Positions 56,631 to 64,000 of a stretch of 64,000 nucleotides of DNA are shown here, piece after piece; within the stretch, counting starts at the first letter, position 1, and every line of letters starts with the position of its first letter. The notes beneath the pieces were generated by a model that saw nothing but the letters and a program-made list of their open reading frames with translations, was not told the origin of the DNA and did not search any database. Source of the stretch: Amphiscolops sp. MND2022 (Eukaryota); contig OZ076411.1 in the NCBI GenBank assembly GCA_964187785.1, positions 54,250,001 through 54,314,000 on the forward strand, in the 5' to 3' direction. The translations under genes and the position numbers were made by a program.

Positions 56631-57430
56631 GCACTGTGGCAAATAAGAAAATACCCGCATTGTCCCTTTCTAGACATTTATCAAACGTCACCGCCACCTT
56701 TGTACTGTCCAATATTTCATCAATAACATAGGATCGATTTTAGCTAGGGTTCTTCTATTTCTAATATCACCGGTGATGAAATGAACTCGTTTTGTCACTG
56801 TGCCAATTGTTTTTCAAACTCAGATTTCCAACATGAAAATGCATTTTCAGCAACATTCAGAAAAAGGCTAAATCTGGGAAGCCTTTTCAAATTCATGTTC
56901 AACTCAACAGAATCAACTTTACTATGTGCAAGTGCATTGGCCAATATGAAATCATCAAATAAAGTGCCTATATATTCGAAGACTAAGTTACCTGCACAAA
57001 TTTCCAGAAACTACCCGACACGAGATTTTTCTCAAGCCTCCTTGAAAGATTTCAAAATATGCTAGGCCATATTCAGCATATATCCCTATACAAACAGTGA
57101 CAACGACGCCCGCTGCGAAAAACATTGCTTCAAACTTTAGTATTCCTCGCGCTTCTGCCCATTGTACGTTTTTTGTAAACTTTGACTCCAAATTCGTCTA
57201 TATACACTTTGTACTGTTCACCACCTCCGCACATGTGAGCCATTGAACACATTCAAATTGGTCATCTTTAACTTGGTTCGAACCAACTTTTAACTTGGTT
57301 CGCCATATCAGATCCATCAAAATGATTGAGAAATTTCCCCTATGATCTCTCCAGTTGTAAGTTGCATATCGCTCTCAGAAGTTTGATATTATTGATCCCA
57401 TGGTTGTTTTGATGTCGACACCAAATGATT
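56631..57430 (-). pseudogene. IS630/Tc1/mariner-superfamily DDE transposase remnant (copy 2)
   Basis: Duplicate of 50830-51570 within unit 2. Confidence 0.72.
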
Positions 57431-57439
57431 GTATAGGTA

Positions 57440-60400
57440 GTCCTCAGGTTGAATTTCAAGGTTTTAGCCACATCTAAGGAGTTTCTCCAGTCAGAAATGT
57501 CTAGATAAAGGGGTAGAAGACTTCCAGATTCTATATTGAAAATCTTTCAATTTGCATTGGCCGGTGAGCATTTCCGATATGTTCCTCACGGACGTGCGGC
57601 TAAGTGATGTTGGGAGGAGCGGCTTCTTGATTCTGTGGAAAGGGAGGAAGGTAGGTTGGGCCGAGTCAGTTGCAGACCCGACTGCAATCTATTGATAAGA
57701 TAGTTTCTGGAATCTGTCAAAGGGTATTCTGTGGCATAATCCAGTCCGGTAACTCTAACAGTTGATTTGTGACTTTTAATTAGACTCCAGGTAGTTGAGC
57801 AATCTGCTTGGTTCAGTGCTTGTGCGCAGAGATCACCTGATTTGGCGTCTTCGTGGAAGAACTTCGCTTGTGATAACTCGATTTAGATGTCTATGGGCGT
57901 TATAGAGCAGATTACTTCCAGCTTGTCAAGGGAGTGTTTGTACTGCGAGTTACATACTGTAGATAGGAAATTGTACCAAAGATGATTTTGGCGGAACCCG
58001 AGTTTTTGTGACCAAATATGGACAAAATATGTCCAAGTAGGGCTAACGATCCTTCTGAAGAGCTTCACAATTGTTTGCGTGTTAATTTTTGGCAGCTATG
58101 GTATTGGATCGAGTGAATTCCAGATCCGTGTGGATTTGATTGTGGCGTTCGCGAACTAGGTGCGAATGTTAGTTTTTCGTCAAAGGTTATGCCAAGCGCT
58201 TTTGAAGATTTCGATCGTCGGATTTACTCTCCTTGAATTTTCAGGCTTTTCACAATGTAGTCACTCTGTCCAGGTTCAAGGAGCCGAATCTCTGGTTTGC
58301 TGCTGGAGGCGTTTTTTGCAATTTTTTAACCACGCATCAATTTTGTTGCAATCTTCTTGTTTTGTCAGATGTGTATCTTCTACCGCTGTTATGGGTGAAG
58401 CGTCACTTGCGTATTTAAAGGGTTTACCGACACAGTCGTTGAACATGTCTGCGCAGAAAAAGGTGAATAACAGCGGTGTGACAGTACACTGACTTGTGGC
58501 AGACCCATTTTCGGCGGGTAGATTTCGGATATTTCATCATCTATCTTCATGATTGCTTTCCGTTCGAGTTGGAAGTTTCTAATGATTTCAAAGAATATCC
58601 CTGACACGCCAGCATTCATTAATATACACAGCAATCACCTAACCAAATCGAATAAAAAGCTTTCTCCAGATTAATGAAAAGTTCGATCTTGTTCAATTTC
58701 TGCTCTTTCTTCGACTTGAAGTAATCGATTAGTGTGTAATTGTAACGACCCGTGCTCCTTTTTTTCCTGAAACCTTCTTGTTCATCATCGGGCAGCAACT
58801 CTGATTCCGAATGTTTTCTTAACGGACTGTCTAGGACTCTATCGAACAGCTTGCCGACATATGTTGTGAGGGTTTTTGGACTATAGCTGCTGGCGGTTTT
58901 GTAATCAACTTTATTAGTTTTCCGTAAGAAGATAACTTCCTTTTTGTTCCAGATGTATATACATTTCTCAAAGCAGATGAAGAGGGACAGTCCAGAGGTA
59001 TCTGAAGTGTGGAGGGACCAGTGTTTTTTAACATGAGAGTATGTGTTCCGTCCGGATCCAGTGCTTCATCAGAACGTTTGATGTTTCGTGTGCCCAAAAT
59101 CACTTCATTCTCTAGAATGAGGTCGTTGAGGACATCGTTCTAGTGTTCTGAGTTATTGGAGGAACATAACATTCTTTCTACGAGCATCTTCCAAATTTCG
59201 TCGAAGTTCATTTTATTAGAGTGATTTCCTGTTAAAAAATACTTCACGGAGGTAGTTGAACTTTTCCTCCGTTGTGTTTAGACAACCCAGGAATAGACTA
59301 ACTCGGTTGAGTTATTTTGTTTTTCAATTTCCAAAAAGGATCTTCTTTGGTTTGGTTCAGTTGTTTGGCCATATCTTTGAGGATATCAGCTTTACATGAT
59401 TCCAGTTTGTCTTTGAACCGGATTCTGATGATTCCGTACTGTGCTGTTGAATGAATCTGTTCTTTTTTTTCATTTTTTTCCTGATTTCCCTGAGCTGCTC
59501 GGAAAATCGCGCCTACTCTTCTGTAACGTAAGCCTTGCTCTGTATTGAAATGGCTTTCTTTGGAATTAGTCTGTCTTTGGCACTGTGCATTACGTCTAGT
59601 ACTGTTTGCCGTAGTGTCCCTGGTTCATCCGGATGCAGCCTGTGCTCTGATGACCAGCTTTTTGCTTCTTCATCCAGCTCTTCATAGAAAATAGTCCAGT
59701 CTGTTTTCGTCCAATTTGGCTCTTCTCTGACGTTTTTTTTGTTCTGGCAATTGAAGACTGCGATCACTGGGAGGTGTCTTCGGTTTGGAGCCCCAGTGAA
59801 GAGTTCGATCTCATCGTCTACACTGGTGTTACTCCATTTTTTCTTCAAACTGTTCGTTGCAAGTACTAAGGCAAATTTACTGGAGCCATCCAACGAACAA
59901 GAATGTAGCCTGATCGTTGTTGAGGATGTTCAGATTATTTTTTCTCATCAATTCTTCTAGTTTTTTACCATTATTATTGTTTTTCTCATCCCATATGACT
60001 GTCTTGCTTTGAAATTCCCCAGTAGTAGAACGTTTTGGATTCCGATACTTGGGCTAGTTTTAATCCTTTGGTTATTTTGTCTAGTATTCCTTGATATGAG
60101 TTACTGTATGTTTGCACTTTACGACAGTCGCTGTTGTGTTGCCGAAGATATTTTTGGCCATTTCTTCATCACATGGGAGGCAGTTTCTTGACTATCGGTT
60201 TCTGCGGTGATTCTGCCGTCTGTGATTTTCATTGTGTTAGTTTCATTGTGTCAGTCATTCTCACTCTAGGAAATTGCTTACTCAAGGCGAATTCGATTCT
60301 GCTGGAGTCTCGAATTTCCGTGTGGTTTTTGATTTTGGTGATAAAGAACGAGTTTTGCGGTGACCATTTCGTCAGTTGTCTTGGGGTTGGCTCAGGCCTT

Positions 60401-60570
60401 GCAATCACTTTTGCGGCGTAGCTTTCATGTTGTTTGCTGCAGGTTGATTGAATGTTCTGTGCTGTCTCCTGACGATGGTTTATTTTGGGGTTCATATCTC
60501 AAGTAAATTCCTCTATGGATTCCTTCATTTAAAGGATCACACTTTTCAGAGTCTTTTGGTCACATCTGTC
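57440..60570 (-). mobile_element. Decayed non-LTR retrotransposon (LINE, APE-RT type): ORF2 remnants and part of ORF1
   Basis: RT-like fragments SYSPKTLTTYVGKLFDR, GFRKKRST, EKAF, MGLPQVSVLS and FKYASD; post-endonuclease HLPV...NWTKTDW (59513..59893); many stops. Confidence 0.75.
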
Positions 60571-60575
60571 CAGAA

Positions 60576-61410
60576 CAGGGAATTCGAATCGAATTCGATT
60601 ATTCCGTCGAATAGTCAAAGCTTCGCGTTGCTTTCGAATGTCGATTCGAAGCTTCGAACGGTTGTTGAATATCGAATCGAATATCGAATAAATCGTGCGA
60701 ATAATGAGATATCTCTTCGAATATCGAACATTGTTCGAATAATTTTCACAAATTACAATAAGGAATAATGCAAGCAAAAATATTGGGTTGCACATGAGCG
60801 GAAATAGTAAATGGCGGATCGTTACGGACCGTCGAAGTAAGGCATACGATCAATTTTACGTGGACCTTAAGGACAACATCCCTTCCAATTGGCGAAAATG
60901 CAATAAATGCTCGCATTTTTTGCAATGCAAATCAACAACTACAACTTCAATGATGAATCATTGGAAATTATGTTCGACTAAAGAGAACCAAAATCCGAAT
61001 CAACCTGATAATGTTAGTGAGATACAGATACAACGAACTTCTTCGTCGCAAGTTCACTATGGACTGCATGAAGCGGCGGCCCTTGTTTATGAAAATCACT
61101 TCCCTACTACAGCTGTCGCAAACACCAAAAATTTGTTCAACAAGGGTCTTTGTTGCATTTTTGAAGGATCAGTTCAGCGAACATATAACTGCTGACAGTG
61201 ACATCAGTGCCCATGACTATGCGCCAACCGAGGCTCTTACCCTGATTAAGTACTTACGTTCTGGAAATGTCAAGAATGACAGTTTCGACATAAGTGAGCA
61301 TTTACCAAACTTTAAGCCCACTAGCGTTGACCCGGAACTGCTATTTTCACTTGCTCGCATATCAAAAACTCATTTACAAGCCAGAACGCTGCCAGAAACT
61401 CTCGCTTGAA
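60576..61410 (+). mobile_element. hAT-like DNA transposon left end with a BED zinc-finger transposase fragment
   Basis: Starts CAGGGAATTCGAATCG; ~170 bp dense in CGAAT/ATTCG subterminal repeats; ORF 60788..61195 has CNKC...TTSMMNHWKLC (BED-type); no right end found. Confidence 0.6.
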
Positions 61411-61549
61411 ATGTATTTCTATCGCAAAACTCGCCACTGTTTCCAAGGAACACAAATAAATTTACAGATAATCCGACATTTCGAAATTGAAAAAGGCAAA
61501 ATGTCGAAGGTTCGTACAACTGGTACAGAATATTGAGGACTTTCATGTT

Positions 61550-61678
61550 TTTAAGTGAAACTCCCGACATGAGACAGTTTGCATGGAACCAACTGCCACA
61601 TGTGTCACATTCTATTCCATCAAATACGTTAACAGAACACTTATTGCAGTGTACTTTTTTCACATTACTTTTTGTCAT
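61550..61678 (-). pseudogene. PHD-finger fragment, probably the N-terminus of a LINE ORF1
   Basis: CNKC...IECDTCGSWFHANC; same strand as and upstream of the LINE ORF2 remnants. Confidence 0.6.
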
Positions 61679-62411
61679 GTTCGATTGATGTTCAACACAG
61701 GTCTCCGCTTACCTGAAAAAAGAGACACTTAAAAAACTAGTCACTACAACCACGGTAGCTAAACCAGGTCGCTGTTATTAGTCTCAAAAGTCACTCGGTT
61801 GTTCTTTTCTTCGGGCTTCTCTCCCCTGACAGCCTATTATTGGGGTGTCGTTGTTGTGTAAGCTTTTTCAAGTTCCTCAGATTATTATGGGAAATAATTC
61901 GAAATGTTCCGAGTTCAACGTTGCCCCTCAAATGGAAATTGGAATCGACTACAATGGTGGGTAGCCGTCTTTTTCTTTTCGGCAAAAGATCGCTGGCTAC
62001 ATTGATCACGAATATTCCAGATTTTTGCAGCTGTGGATAGATCTGGTCAGATCTGTTTATTCTTGGGCAGTAAACAATAGCTGCAATTCTGTTCGGATAT
62101 TCTGAAGGACCTGAAGGAGTTCCTCTAACGACAGAGGCTTGCTGTTGGTACTAGTGTGCTCGGAAAATGAATTACTAATAACGTCGTTCCGGATCAAATT
62201 TTCTCGATGTGGCAGGAAGTTCGATAATTTGACGTTGAACTGATTTCGGGTGTTCACTGAATGAGGGTTGAGGCTCTGGCCTGGTATTGCACGAGAACAC
62301 GTTGCGATAGCTGCCGCTGTTGTTGTTTGTGTAGGGTTTTCAGGGCGTGATAGAGGGAGCTTGCGCCGAGGATGAAGATTATTGTCGTGAGGGAAAACAC
62401 TACTTGCAGGA

Positions 62412-64000
62412 TGTTTCTATTTGATACGCATTGATCTGAAGCATACATACAACATTTGGGCTGACATAAATAACACAACGACATTATATACCAGTATTAT
62501 TAACTACGTTTATATTACATTCATAACATTCCTTCCCGCTTCTGAAGTCTCTAGTTCGTCGCCAACACAAAATCGCCCAGGTATGAAGGCGGTTTCCTGT
62601 TCCTTGCCCAAAGTCGCAATGGGGGAGCAGGAGAGTCTGGACTGGTTTGAGATTTCTTTACTGGTTTCACAGATTCAGGTGGCTCACACTGGGTTCCGAT
62701 GTGGGAGTCAACGTTAGTCTCCTTGTCTCTGCACTGATTGCCTGGTTGCGAGGTCGTTCCTTCGTTGTCCACATCCGGCGGTCGTCGAGAGAGGTCCCTG
62801 GTAGAAACCCTGTCAACTCGCCCATCGCCAAAGGAGACTGGTGCAAGGTGAAAGAGGTTTTTCTCGGATATCTGTAGAGGCACAAATGGAGCTTGGTCTT
62901 TTGCCCTTACAAATTTCGGAGGAAAGCGAGTGTCTCTGCCTTGAGCCAAGGTAGAAGGACGGATCAGCGGCTCACCGCGTTTGAAACAAAAGAAGCGGCC
63001 ATGCGGACTCTCTTTGGTGACTGTATTGATGAGTGTCCGGATCGACGAGAGCGTTGATGGTAGGACATTTTTCCAGTCAGAGAGTGGGCGGTTAGCGGAG
63101 TGTAACAGGCACTGAACGGCATTCCACACAATTCCGTTGTAGCGTTCGTTTTGGCCATTGTCTTGAGGATAGTAGGGCGTAGTTTTGGAGGTCGCGGAGG
63201 TTTTGGCGGCGGAAGTTTTGGGATTCCGATGACACGAACTGTGTGCCCCGGTGGGAGTGAATGAGCCCACGGGTTCCGAAGATGGTAAAAAGTGTCGAAA
63301 GACATTTGATGATGCTACTAGACGTGATGTTCCGGAGAGGGAAGGCGAACATAAACCTACTAAGCTTATCCACCACTGAGGGAAGGTATTGGTTTTTGCT
63401 TCGAGTCATTGGTTTAGGGCCAACAATGTCGATTGATGGTCGCTCCCAAGGTTTGGAGGACTGGATATGATCGCTGCTGGGCAGCCGCAAATGTGCGGTT
63501 TCTGAGAAAACGGCTGCTTGGCCGCAGCTATAGTTGAAGATTCAGCGCTGCGAAAAGTTTCGAAAAGTCACTGGATAGTTTGACTGTACATGCAAGCAAT
63601 ATGCAACTATCGATGTCGGCCTTGGAGTCTTAAAGCTCCAATTGTGTTGCCCGAATGTCATCAGACCTGAACCCTGATATTAAAGCGTCTCGTACCAGAT
63701 AATCTTTATGTGCTTGGACGGTCAGACTGGTGCTTTCGCAGTTTTCAACAAGTTGTTTCAGCCTCCAGAAAACTGTACGATGGATTCGTTGTTCTTTTGA
63801 CTGGCACTGAGCATTTGATGACGGGCAAAGAGCACTCTTGTGGGCTTCACAATCTGCCTGTCCATTGTTCTCAGTGAGTCTGCAAACGTTGCAGAACTTT
63901 CGAGGAGTGTGAAATAGTCGGAGCCGACAAAAGTACGAAGGAAAACTAATTTGTCAGCATCTTCGGTGGTGCCATTGACACGTAAACCTTCCTTGAAACA
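62412..64000 (-). mobile_element. Gypsy-type LTR element fragment: gag remnant (about 63540-64000) joined to integrase (62551-63500), PPT and probable short 3' LTR (62412-62528)
   Basis: Integrase PWERPSIDIVGP, IHSHRGTQF and TTPYYPQDNGQNERYNG; gag-like FARHQML...QKNNESI; purine tract AGAAGCGGGAAGGA before TGTTATG; runs off the window end. Confidence 0.75.

Larger units (their letters stand above)
45773..57380 (+). repeat. Tandem segmental duplication: unit 1 about 45773-51579, unit 2 about 51578-57380 (~5.8 kb each, roughly 99% identical)
   Basis: ORF track repeats at an offset of 5801-5805; junction TCAGAATCAATT versus original TCAAAATCAATT; scattered SNPs and small indels between the copies. 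Confidence 0.95.

Overview
AT-rich eukaryotic (animal) genomic DNA; the species cannot be fixed from sequence alone, and most short ORFs in the six-frame track are noise. The window holds one host gene: a 7-exon innexin on the + strand (6544-16562, about 550 aa), whose introns contain non-autonomous Helentron-type (HINE/DINE-1-like) elements and a Mutator-type foldback MITE. The most striking object is a recently inserted 12.2-kb Ty3/Gypsy LTR element on the - strand (18497-30724; LTRs about 99% identical, CATG target-site duplication). It encodes gag, pol joined by a UUUAAAC -1 frameshift site, an env resembling chuvirus/herpes gB-type (class III) glycoproteins, and an intact 519-aa fourth ORF of unknown function between env and the 3' LTR. 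Further right are a HINE carrying a ~180-bp satellite array and a decayed BEL/Pao element. A ~5.8-kb tandem duplication follows, copying the Pao 3' LTR and an IS630/Tc1-type transposase remnant. The window ends in a tangle of LINE, hAT and Gypsy fragments.
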